This document shows positions 1 to 8,410 of a stretch of 64,000 nucleotides of DNA, one piece after another. This DNA is from Promethearchaeota archaeon. Its GTDB lineage: Archaea > Asgardarchaeota > Lokiarchaeia > Sigyniarchaeales > SOKP01. Position 1 is the first letter of the stretch, and every line of letters begins with the position of its first letter. Position numbers and translations under genes: made by a program. The DNA is taken from NCBI GenBank assembly GCA_048939995.1, contig JBHLOY010000001.1, forward strand, positions 224,001-288,000, given 5' to 3'. Below the pieces are notes generated by a model. It was not told where the DNA came from. It was given only the letters and a program-made list of their open reading frames with translations, and made no database searches.

Positions 1-1
1 A

Positions 2-799
2 ATTTTCAGTGAAATTTTACTAAGAGACATTATACTTTTTGCAGTTCTATTTTTATTTACGTTAGCCCAGTCTTGGGATAATATATTTCTATTTTTATTT
101 CCAATTATTAGTTTTGCCTATACAATTTTCTTTAGAATTATTAGCACGAATAATTGGAGGATTAAAGGTCGTTCTAGTTCAATTATTTATAATCCGTTAG
201 GATTAGAGAAAAAGCATGCTAATAGACTTGTTTTTTGTACTCTAATTCAACTCATCTTATTGTTATGGATTGGTGCAGAATCTCTATACCATCCACAATT
301 GATAGATGATTATGATATCTATTTCAATATTCTCTTTTTGTTTATTTACTCATTTGGATTTTATTGGATAATTTCAGACACCTGGAAACATTGTAAAATT
401 GATTTAGGAGATACTTCAATTTCGTTCTTAAATAGGAAAAAGTATAACCAAATCCTAATAATAAGTCTAACAACATTTATCGCTCTAAATATTTCAAATG
501 TTTTATATGCTTTAGCCATTCTAACCAATTTAACTAAAGGAATAAATATTTATTTGCCAGGAACAGGAATAGAATCTTCTGGGCCAATGCAAATTACTAT
601 CATCTCAATTTTTATTCTTTTAATTTCTCCATTGTTAACGACCTTCTTACTCATAATAATTTATAGAGATATTAACAATTTCTCAACTGAAAACTTATAT
701 AATGCATTAAAAGATGTCCCTGAAAACTCAAAACAACAAATATTGGATAATCTTAAAAATTTAAATAAAAAATTAGAAGAATCTTTATCAAGGGAATAA
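2..799 (+). CDS. Multi-pass membrane protein of unknown function, 5'-truncated by the window edge
   Basis: Frame 2 is open from nt 2 (IFSEILLRDIILFAVLFLFTLAQSWDN...) into the 260..799 ORF. Several hydrophobic segments and a charged C-terminal helix. Confidence 0.75.
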   Translation: MFSEILLRDIILFAVLFLFTLAQSWDNIFLFLFPIISFAYTIFFRIISTNNWRIKGRSSSIIYNPLGLEKKHANRLVFCTLIQLILLLWIGAESLYHPQLIDDYDIYFNILFLFIYSFGFYWIISDTWKHCKIDLGDTSISFLNRKKYNQILIISLTTFIALNISNVLYALAILTNLTKGINIYLPGTGIESSGPMQITIISIFILLISPLLTTFLLIIIYRDINNFSTENLYNALKDVPENSKQQILDNLKNLNKKLEESLSRE

Positions 800-851
800 A
801 AATTTATAGTATAAATCTATATAATTTTTAATATAATTTTATTAACTAGAC

Positions 852-1394
852 ATGACACAAATAGCTGATCAGAATCGAAGGTACCTTTTTAAAATTGTAG
901 TAGTCGGTGATGGTGGTGTTGGAAAGAGCACTATGGTTCAGAGACTGATAACAGGGAGGTTTGTGCCCATGAAGATCACAATAGGCACTGATCTGGCTAC
1001 TAAAGAGTTACAAGTAGATTCTAATCAGATAAAGCTCCAAGTTTGGGATTTTGCTGGAGAAAAGAGGTTCCGATTTTTCTTACCAAATTACACAAGGGGA
1101 GCAAAAGGATGTCTATTATGTTATGATATCTCAAGATATTCTAGTTTTCAGAATTTACCTGAATGGTATAACATCGTTAAAAATAATGCTGGAGAACCCA
1201 GTTTTATACTAGTCGGATGCAAACAAGATTTAGCGGAGTTAAAAAGAACTGTTTCTATTGAAGAAGCTAAAAAATTTCAACAAGAATATGATATTCCATA
1301 CTTTTTTGAAACTTCAAGCAAAACAGGATATCAAAATGAAAAAATCTTTGAAATTTTAAGTAGGACATTATACGAAAAAGTATCACGAAATTAA
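852..1394 (+). CDS. Rab-like small GTPase (Ras superfamily)
   Basis: FKIVVVGDGGVGKST (G1), TIGTD (G2), WDFAGE (G3), LVGCKQDL (G4), FETSSK (G5). Rab-like RYLFK start. No C-terminal Cys prenylation motif. Confidence 0.93.
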   Translation: MTQIADQNRRYLFKIVVVGDGGVGKSTMVQRLITGRFVPMKITIGTDLATKELQVDSNQIKLQVWDFAGEKRFRFFLPNYTRGAKGCLLCYDISRYSSFQNLPEWYNIVKNNAGEPSFILVGCKQDLAELKRTVSIEEAKKFQQEYDIPYFFETSSKTGYQNEKIFEILSRTLYEKVSRN

Positions 1395-1434
1395 TTTTTA
1401 AGAGAAAAAAAAGTAAAAGAAATTTACTCAGACC

Positions 1435-2373
1435 TTATTCCAATAAATCCTTAAATTCATTAAAGTTTAGTTTCAAATATCTGGCAGTGATTAAATCTGT
1501 ACCCATAAGAGTTTTAAAATTCTTTTTTCGTTTGTTGTTAAGGAATTTTTTCATTTCGCTTAAATCTGGTTCCTTATTTGTTATTTCAAGATATTTCTTT
1601 TTTACTGCGTGATCAACTACTTTTTGTCCAATATCCGTTCTAATGATCAGGAAAGCTTCACCTGAACCTTTAGGAGCTCCCCATGAACTATATGAAATAT
1701 CAGAAAACTCACCAGAGAAATCAGTACAATATTTACAAGCATCCATACCTCCTGTTGAGCATGCCATTGCTATCTTTAGGGAAGTTCTTTCTGCCCCAGT
1801 ATTGAAATCGCTAACAAGTATTTTGGCTAATCCCTGAAAATGGCAAGGGTTAGCAATGATTCCAATATCTCTTTTTTTATCAAGATAAGCTTTTCCAATA
1901 CCAGTAATTAATGGACCTGCATTTTGAGGTGTCTTTTCGGGAACATATTTTTTACCATCTTGCGCTTTATCAATAATTACTGGAAATGCGGGAGAAGTCT
2001 TATCTTTTTTTTCGCTTAAGACAAAATGTTTAACGATTCCCGACTCGAAAGCGGCTAAAACTAAATTATAGAGAATACTGTCTTTTGTCTTCGACTTAAC
2101 TTGGATAATATCTTTATAAACTCCTACTGCTAGATCAACTCTTGATTGACCGAATAATTTTTCTTCAATTTCGGAAACTGGTAAGAAAGTCCTTGGACAT
2201 GCATTATAACATAATCCTACAGTCTCAGCACATTCATCTACTACATAAGCTTCACCAGTTTTCTCATCAAAATCCATATGCGGGCAAAATGCATTACAGC
2301 TACCACAATGAATGCATAAACCAGCATAAATTACCTCATTTTCGAGATCCTGGCTAGATTTTTCAATCTTCAT
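1435..2373 (-). CDS. Coenzyme F420 hydrogenase/dehydrogenase beta-subunit (FrhB/FdhB-like) protein with N-terminal ferredoxin domain, divergent
   Basis: CIHCGSCNAFCP and C...CYNACP ferredoxin motifs, ANPCH, CKYCTDFSGEFSDIS, LIIRTDIG typical of FrhB_FdhB domains. Confidence 0.8.
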   Translation of the reverse strand: MKIEKSSQDLENEVIYAGLCIHCGSCNAFCPHMDFDEKTGEAYVVDECAETVGLCYNACPRTFLPVSEIEEKLFGQSRVDLAVGVYKDIIQVKSKTKDSILYNLVLAAFESGIVKHFVLSEKKDKTSPAFPVIIDKAQDGKKYVPEKTPQNAGPLITGIGKAYLDKKRDIGIIANPCHFQGLAKILVSDFNTGAERTSLKIAMACSTGGMDACKYCTDFSGEFSDISYSSWGAPKGSGEAFLIIRTDIGQKVVDHAVKKKYLEITNKEPDLSEMKKFLNNKRKKNFKTLMGTDLITARYLKLNFNEFKDLLE

Positions 2374-2592
2374 GTCATCTTTTCATAAAAATGGGTTATT
2401 TTTTGTTATTATGTTAAATTTTTGATTGCAAATAAATTTAGTGTGAAATTTCATTTCTTGCATTTCATCAAAAAACATCAAAGAAAATATCGAATTCGCA
2501 CCAAAGTTTTTTGAATATCATGATAATATTACCTTATTTTAAGTATGCCTTCATCTTAATATTCAGTAAAAATAACAATTGGACAACGGATC

Positions 2593-3030
2593 TTGGCAGT
2601 ATACTTAAAAGACTTTCTCGTGTTTAAAGAAGGAGGAAAAGTGATTTTTAGCACAACTTCAGGCTTAATTAAGGATACTCTTTTATTTGGTGGTTTTATT
2701 GAAGCATTAAACTCATTTTATAATATTTCTCTTAATGATGATTTATATCAAATAGAAGGAGTTAAATATAGAATTATGTTTTTGACCAAATCGGACACAC
2801 AATTCATTGGAATCTCCTTAATAAATGTGAATCGAAATAAAGCATTAGAAGAACTTGAGTTTTTTACCACTAGATTTTTAGAACTTTTTCCTGAGATTCA
2901 AAATAAAAAATATGAAAACGATGTTAGAATTTTTCAAAAATTCTTTTTAGAAATCAATAAAACTAGAAAATCTTATACAGGAAAAGAATTTGAGAGCAAT
3001 TATCTAACATACTTATTAGAAGATTGGTAA
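2593..3030 (+). CDS. Longin-like domain protein (Asgard type)
   Basis: beta-beta-alpha-beta-beta-beta-alpha-alpha pattern: FLVFKEGGKVIFS, LLFGGFIEALNSF, LEFFTTRFLELF, NDVRIFQKF. Confidence 0.6.
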   Translation: MAVYLKDFLVFKEGGKVIFSTTSGLIKDTLLFGGFIEALNSFYNISLNDDLYQIEGVKYRIMFLTKSDTQFIGISLINVNRNKALEELEFFTTRFLELFPEIQNKKYENDVRIFQKFFLEINKTRKSYTGKEFESNYLTYLLEDW

Positions 3031-3038
3031 TATTGACG

Positions 3039-3329
3039 TTAACATTCTTTTTCTTCATCTTTTAACAGTTGAGAACAAGTCTTATCTAATTTCTTAATTA
3101 TTCGATCTCTATCCTTCCAAATTAGCCATGTGCCACCACTCTTCTCGAAATTAAATCCATCATAGTTGTTAACCATACTTTTCAATGTTTTTTTAATAAA
3201 ACTCCAAGAAAATCCTGTTTTTTCAACTAATTCAGAAATAGCAATTGGGTGATTGATTTGTAACTTATTATTAAAAAATTCTATTATTCTTTCTAATCCC
3301 GTTTTCGGAGAGGAGTCTTTCTTAACCAT
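3039..3329 (-). CDS. Small winged helix-turn-helix protein
   Basis: PIAISELVEKTGFSWSFIKKTL helix-turn-helix followed by beta wing FEKSGGTWLIWK. Confidence 0.65.
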   Translation of the reverse strand: MVKKDSSPKTGLERIIEFFNNKLQINHPIAISELVEKTGFSWSFIKKTLKSMVNNYDGFNFEKSGGTWLIWKDRDRIIKKLDKTCSQLLKDEEKEC

Positions 3330-3451
3330 AATTTCTTCTTAATTAATAATATATTTTATCCTACTATTTAATACAAATTAAGATTGTTATATCAATCTTA
3401 ATATTATGAAAATTGCCTGTTTCATTAGCCAAACTAGAAAAATAAAGACTA

Positions 3452-4639
3452 TTACTTCATTTTAATAAAATTACCCGTTTTCATTAATTCACAAGGTTTA
3501 ATATAGGTTATTCCAATTTTATCTGAAAGTTCTTCAAGCATATTGGACCATTTGATATAATTATTTTTCCCAGGTCCAAATGGCCCAGGCATATCCATTC
3601 CTGCGAGCATTGTATCATCAATTGTCTTGTAATTAGAGACAATCCCTTCCTTTAAAAGCCTACAACCCTCATTCAATTGAATTGCATAATAGAATTCAGG
3701 ATTAGCTAAATTAGCTTTCCCTTTACCTTGTATAATTGGTTTTCCCTCCTTCCACTCATATAAACCTTTACCTGTTTTCTTTCCTAGGTTTCCTTCTTTA
3801 ACTAGATTTGTAAGAGTCCTCCCAGGTGCAAATTCGGGTGAAAGGGTTTTAGCAAAATAATTCAAACTATCCCATATCACATCAAGACCTAAATAGTCCC
3901 ATTTTATGTAAGGTCCCCATTCTGGAGGACTTACAAAATCATTATCTACTTTTTCATAAGCAATTCCTCTTTCAGTTGCTATATCTAATAACCTATTTAA
4001 TAATAGACTTGAAGCAATAGTGAGACGATTTACAATAAATCCTGGGCTTTCCTTATCTATTTTGGCTATATATCTCTTTCCTTTTAAAGCAGGCATTCTT
4101 TTTCCTAGCTCAACTGCTGTATCAAATGTCTCTTGCGATGTTTTTTCTCCTTTAATAACTTCTATTAATCTAAGTACAGGTATTGGTATGAAGAAATGCA
4201 TACCTACAACTTGCTGGGGACGATTTGAAGCTTCAGCTATTTTAGTAATACTCATTGTTGACGTATTTGTAGCCAAAATAGCTTGGCTAGGCGCTAGATT
4301 TCCTAAGTCTCGAAATAAATCTTGCTTTAGTTCCATTACTTCAGGAATAGCTTCTACAATAAAGTCTGCTCTATGAATAGACTTAGCTAAATTATAATCT
4401 TTAATGAGAGGCTCCATTAATGACTCGCTTGATACGTTCTCACGGGGTAATCCTTTCAATAACATTTTTTTTATTCCATTTTCAATATAGATTGTTGCAT
4501 TATCTAAGATACTTTTATTGATATCATTTAATATAACATTCTTGAATAATTCAGACATCAAAGCAACTTGAGCGATTTCTCGACCCATCGTGCCTGCTCC
4601 AATTACAACAAATGTTTCAATTTTATCGATATTTACCAA
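3452..4639 (-). CDS. 3-hydroxyacyl-CoA dehydrogenase (duplicated C-terminal domain); start probably TTG at 4639
   Basis: VIGAGTMG, IVEAIPE, LATNTST, GMHFF, PGFIVNR, GKKTGKGLY. The track's GTG at 4651 lies inside an AGGTGA SD motif. Confidence 0.92.
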   Translation of the reverse strand: MVNIDKIETFVVIGAGTMGREIAQVALMSELFKNVILNDINKSILDNATIYIENGIKKMLLKGLPRENVSSESLMEPLIKDYNLAKSIHRADFIVEAIPEVMELKQDLFRDLGNLAPSQAILATNTSTMSITKIAEASNRPQQVVGMHFFIPIPVLRLIEVIKGEKTSQETFDTAVELGKRMPALKGKRYIAKIDKESPGFIVNRLTIASSLLLNRLLDIATERGIAYEKVDNDFVSPPEWGPYIKWDYLGLDVIWDSLNYFAKTLSPEFAPGRTLTNLVKEGNLGKKTGKGLYEWKEGKPIIQGKGKANLANPEFYYAIQLNEGCRLLKEGIVSNYKTIDDTMLAGMDMPGPFGPGKNNYIKWSNMLEELSDKIGITYIKPCELMKTGNFIKMK

Positions 4640-4724
4640 AATGAAATTCACCTTTAGATAATTTATAGAAAAAGTTACAGATTTTTTAAAAATTTTGATT
4701 ATTGAAACGAGAAAATTTGTTCGA

Positions 4725-5780
4725 TTAAATTATTGAAATTATATACCATGAGAGTAGCATTGTCGCTATACCCAAAAAAATTGAAATGGGAAGCCCCGGC
4801 AAAACTTTATTCCGCTTCAGTCCCATTATGGTTATACCAGTTCCAATTAAAATCGCTATAGCCGTAAAAATCATTACAAGTAAACTATTTGATTGAAGAA
4901 GTGCACTTGATGTAAGCATGCTATAAAAAGCTAAATCTCCAATTCCAATTTCTAATTTAGAAGTATCGTATACAGCTTCCCCTTTTTTAATCTTCTCTTG
5001 AATACTTTCATTTGTCTCTGCTTCAAGTCCTTGTGAGGTGATATCAATCATTTCTTTTATTGGCCCTTTCTTATAAAGTACAGCAAACATATCCCAAATC
5101 GAAATTCCTATTAGAATAGCTAATGTAGTCCAAAGTGGCATAAATACGCCCATGGCAGCTCCGATTAACAATCCCATATATAATACGATAATATTCTTGG
5201 TTTTAATAGACCTTGAGGTGAAATACTTATATAGAATCAGAACAGTACAAATACCTATAGATATCGGCAAAATTACATACCCTATTATGAAATAAATAAG
5301 ATTTAATAGCTCAGACGCGGGGAATACTGAAAAGATTATATCTACTATTATTGAAATAAAAAATAAGGATAAAAAAAATCCTAAAAATGCTAAGCTTCCT
5401 CCGAAAATATATTTTAAAATATCAATTCCTCGCTTTTTAACAAGAAATATTATTATAAATGCTGAAACAGCAGCCAGAGTTGTAAATATTATCCCATTTA
5501 AAACTCCTGCTAATGCTCCAAATTCCTCTTCGGGAATATAACCACCATCTATTTGGATTTCAGCTATCACGTATGTAAGGTAAGATAATAATCCCGCAAT
5601 TATAACTACTGTTATAATAGGCAATGCATAAAACTTAGAACTAATTCGATAGGTTGGCAAAAAATGTGGAATAAAATCTTTTTCTATTACTTCTTTTTTA
5701 GAATCTTCATGATCTGATTCTTTTTGATTATTTACTTTGTTTTCATCGTTATTTGGTAATCTCTTGAGATTATCTGACAT
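4725..5780 (-). CDS. Presenilin-family intramembrane aspartyl protease (peptidase A22)
   Basis: About 9 TM segments; ISIWDMFAVLYKKGP (YD-equivalent Asp), EIGIGDLAFYSML (GxGD), LPGLPISI (PAL-equivalent). Confidence 0.92.
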   Translation of the reverse strand: MSDNLKRLPNNDENKVNNQKESDHEDSKKEVIEKDFIPHFLPTYRISSKFYALPIITVVIIAGLLSYLTYVIAEIQIDGGYIPEEEFGALAGVLNGIIFTTLAAVSAFIIIFLVKKRGIDILKYIFGGSLAFLGFFLSLFFISIIVDIIFSVFPASELLNLIYFIIGYVILPISIGICTVLILYKYFTSRSIKTKNIIVLYMGLLIGAAMGVFMPLWTTLAILIGISIWDMFAVLYKKGPIKEMIDITSQGLEAETNESIQEKIKKGEAVYDTSKLEIGIGDLAFYSMLTSSALLQSNSLLVMIFTAIAILIGTGITIMGLKRNKVLPGLPISIFLGIATMLLSWYIISII

Positions 5781-5898
5781 ATTGATTTTTTGTATTTTTT
5801 AGGAATTAATTATTTAAGGTTATAATATAATTAATAATTTAAATATCTGTTATTTATAGAAAACTATTTTGAAAAACATAGGTTTTCTATCTAAAATT

Positions 5899-6573
5899 AT
5901 GTCAAAATTTCAAAATTATGCAAGAAAAACGCAGGATCTTAGCCTAGCCGTTTATAAGAAAAGTATTAGAGGCTTAACTCACAATTTGTTATATCCATGC
6001 CAATTAGGCATTATATTTTTTGACGGCGAGAGCCATTCTTTGTTTGAAAAATTAAAAATAGAAATAAATACTATTTTTGATTCGTATTTCTCTAAAATTA
6101 AAAAAAATATAATGCAGAATCCTTTTTCTATAGAAAAGAGAGTAATATCAAGAAAAATTTCAAAACAAGTGCTTCTATATCCTACCAATCAGTTTTATGA
6201 AAAAATCTCTGAACTAAAAGTAAGAGCGGCTTTTGAAATAGGAGTTGGAATAACAGATTTACCAATTTATTCGAGTAGTGCTAATAATCTAGTATTTTTG
6301 TACGGAGAAGCCCACCTAAACCATAATTGTGCAATCGTTTCTAATTATAATTTGAAATATGAATTAAACTCTTCATCAAATACACTTCAGCGAAGAGTTA
6401 TTAAAGAAGTTATTCATGAAGTTGGACATATTATTTTAGGCCCAAGCCATTGTAGAAATAAATTATGTGTTATGACTTTTTCTAAAAGTGTCGCAGATAT
6501 TGACAAAAAAGCTTCAGATTTCTGCAAAGAATGTAAATGCAAATTAGAAGAGATTATAGAGATTTTGAATTAA
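5899..6573 (+). CDS. Archaemetzincin-family zinc metalloprotease
   Basis: LVFLYGEA, RRVIKEVIHEVGHIILGPSHCRNKLCVMTFS, DKKASDFCKECK (Cys4 zinc site). Start taken as ATG 5899; TTG 5869 is the alternative. Confidence 0.88.
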   Translation: MSKFQNYARKTQDLSLAVYKKSIRGLTHNLLYPCQLGIIFFDGESHSLFEKLKIEINTIFDSYFSKIKKNIMQNPFSIEKRVISRKISKQVLLYPTNQFYEKISELKVRAAFEIGVGITDLPIYSSSANNLVFLYGEAHLNHNCAIVSNYNLKYELNSSSNTLQRRVIKEVIHEVGHIILGPSHCRNKLCVMTFSKSVADIDKKASDFCKECKCKLEEIIEILN

Positions 6574-7820
6574 AAGTAAACATTAGGTAAATTCCTAACA
6601 AATTCTTTGACGAGATTTACTCCATGCCGTCTTTCTTCTCTGTGATAGCGAAGAGGATACAATTGATCAATAGCAAATTTATACAGTTCAACCCATGTTT
6701 TGGCTATTTTATCAATTCTATAATTCTGAGCTATTTTTTTAGCATTCTTTCCGAATTCTTCTCTGAGAGTATCATTTTTTAATAATTTTATGACATAATC
6801 ACTGAATTGATCTAAGTTATTTGCTAAATAGCCAGTGACCCCATGTCTAATTACATTAGCGATACCAGTCGCATTAGCTCCTACACTTGGAGTACCTTGA
6901 GCCATAGCTTCGGTTAAAACAAGACCTTCAGCTTCTATCCAAGACCAAAGACATGTTAAATCAGCAGCATTATATAGTTTTAATAAATCATCGAATGGTA
7001 CTTGACCGGCATATGATATACAATCTCTATACTTTTTCTTTTTGATAATTTTTTCTACAGCTTCAGTCGAAGGTCCTGGGCTTCCTACTAGAAGTAAATG
7101 AGAATCAGGAACTTTTTTATGAATCTTTTTTACAAAAGTTTTTATAATTCTTATTGGATGTTTTTCTGGAGATAATCTTGAAGCATATAACATTATTTTC
7201 TTATTTTCTAGATTATATTTTTCTCTTATTCCGTTCCTTTTTAATTCTTTAAAGTAATATTCATTTATTCCATTGGATAAAGCAATAATTGGTTCTTTAA
7301 ATCTATAGTTAAGCAATAAGTCTTTTTTTGTTTTAGTAGGAACGTGGGTTAGGTCATACTTCTCTAAAACATGGCGTTCATAACGCCAAATAAAATCATT
7401 TTTACTTAAGAATTTACCAAAGATTGGGATATATTGTGCTGTATAAAAAGCCATAGGACTATGGTGTGAACCAACGAGAGGAATTCCCAGATATTTAGCC
7501 CAATTGATTGCCATTGCCCCTATTGTTTCATGTGTATGTACATGGGCAACATCCAAATAATCCTCTTGGCAAAGGAATATTTTATGAAATGGGACGCTTA
7601 AAATAAACTCAGTCTTGTGCCCAATTTGAACTCCACCTAGATCGTGAAAGTGGAGAGTCTTTGGCTTTTTATAGCCATCCTTAATACCTGGAGCGAAGAC
7701 ATGTACATTATGGCCTAATTTTGCTAAGGCTTCACTTAAAAATCTGACGGCATGAGCAGTTCCGTTTATTTGACTGTACATAACGCTAAAGATTCCAATG
7801 TCTAGCGTATTTTTTGCCAT
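6570..7820 (-). CDS. Glycosyltransferase family 4 (GT-B)
   Basis: GHNVHVFAP, SNGI, YASRLSPEK, EAEGLVLTEAMAQGTP (EX7E), GVTGYL. Confidence 0.92.
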   Translation of the reverse strand: MAKNTLDIGIFSVMYSQINGTAHAVRFLSEALAKLGHNVHVFAPGIKDGYKKPKTLHFHDLGGVQIGHKTEFILSVPFHKIFLCQEDYLDVAHVHTHETIGAMAINWAKYLGIPLVGSHHSPMAFYTAQYIPIFGKFLSKNDFIWRYERHVLEKYDLTHVPTKTKKDLLLNYRFKEPIIALSNGINEYYFKELKRNGIREKYNLENKKIMLYASRLSPEKHPIRIIKTFVKKIHKKVPDSHLLLVGSPGPSTEAVEKIIKKKKYRDCISYAGQVPFDDLLKLYNAADLTCLWSWIEAEGLVLTEAMAQGTPSVGANATGIANVIRHGVTGYLANNLDQFSDYVIKLLKNDTLREEFGKNAKKIAQNYRIDKIAKTWVELYKFAIDQLYPLRYHREERRHGVNLVKEFVRNLPNVYF

Positions 7821-8050
7821 AAAGTAAAGCCTAAAATAAGTAAAAGTATATATTTATCTAGATGCTCTTTTATTAAAAAAGATAACTGTTTAATAAAATT
7901 TCATTGATTTTTTAATAAAATCTCATTCAGACTTTTTATATTTTACTATATCATTACAAAAATCGCTTCTTTTAAGGTGATTACTTGAAAAGATTAAAAT
8001 GCAATATTAAAATAATAAAATTTTTTTCTTAAGAGATTTTATTCTATTTT

Positions 8051-8227
8051 ATGGATTCTGAGGAAGAAAAAAAGATAGTCGAAGAAATTTTAAAAGATAG
8101 AAGGTTAGCTTATTCGATTGAAATACTTGATGCTGAAGGAGATAAATATGTTGTTCGTAATAATTTTGGCACAACAATCACCTATCATAAAAAAGGAGAA
8201 CATTACTTTTTAACTGAGGAATTGTAA
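8051..8227 (+). CDS. 58-aa small protein not in the ORF track (MDSEEEKKIVEEILKDRRLAYSIEILDAEGDKYVVRNNFGTTITYHKKGEHYFLTEEL)
   Basis: ATG 8051 to TAA 8225-8227. Purine-rich, coding-like composition inside an otherwise AT-rich spacer; plausible helix plus beta-strand pattern. Confidence 0.7.
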   Translation: MDSEEEKKIVEEILKDRRLAYSIEILDAEGDKYVVRNNFGTTITYHKKGEHYFLTEEL

Positions 8228-8410
8228 AAATAAATCTTAGTTTAAATTGAATAGTTATTTTTACTTGTTATAATTTTTAATTTTCACTTAATTTCATCAG
8301 TCCATATATATTAAATAATAAAAATCTGTTGAATCATTTGAATATTCATAGTTAAGATTATAAGATTGTAATTTTTTTTTATTCATAGCAATAAGAAAAT
8401 AGAAAAACTC

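Noticed and set aside
1435-2373. Selenoprotein or UGA recoding in the FrhB-like or other redox genes
   Set aside because: ORFs are complete with Cys at motif positions, and I saw no conserved domain continuing past a TGA.
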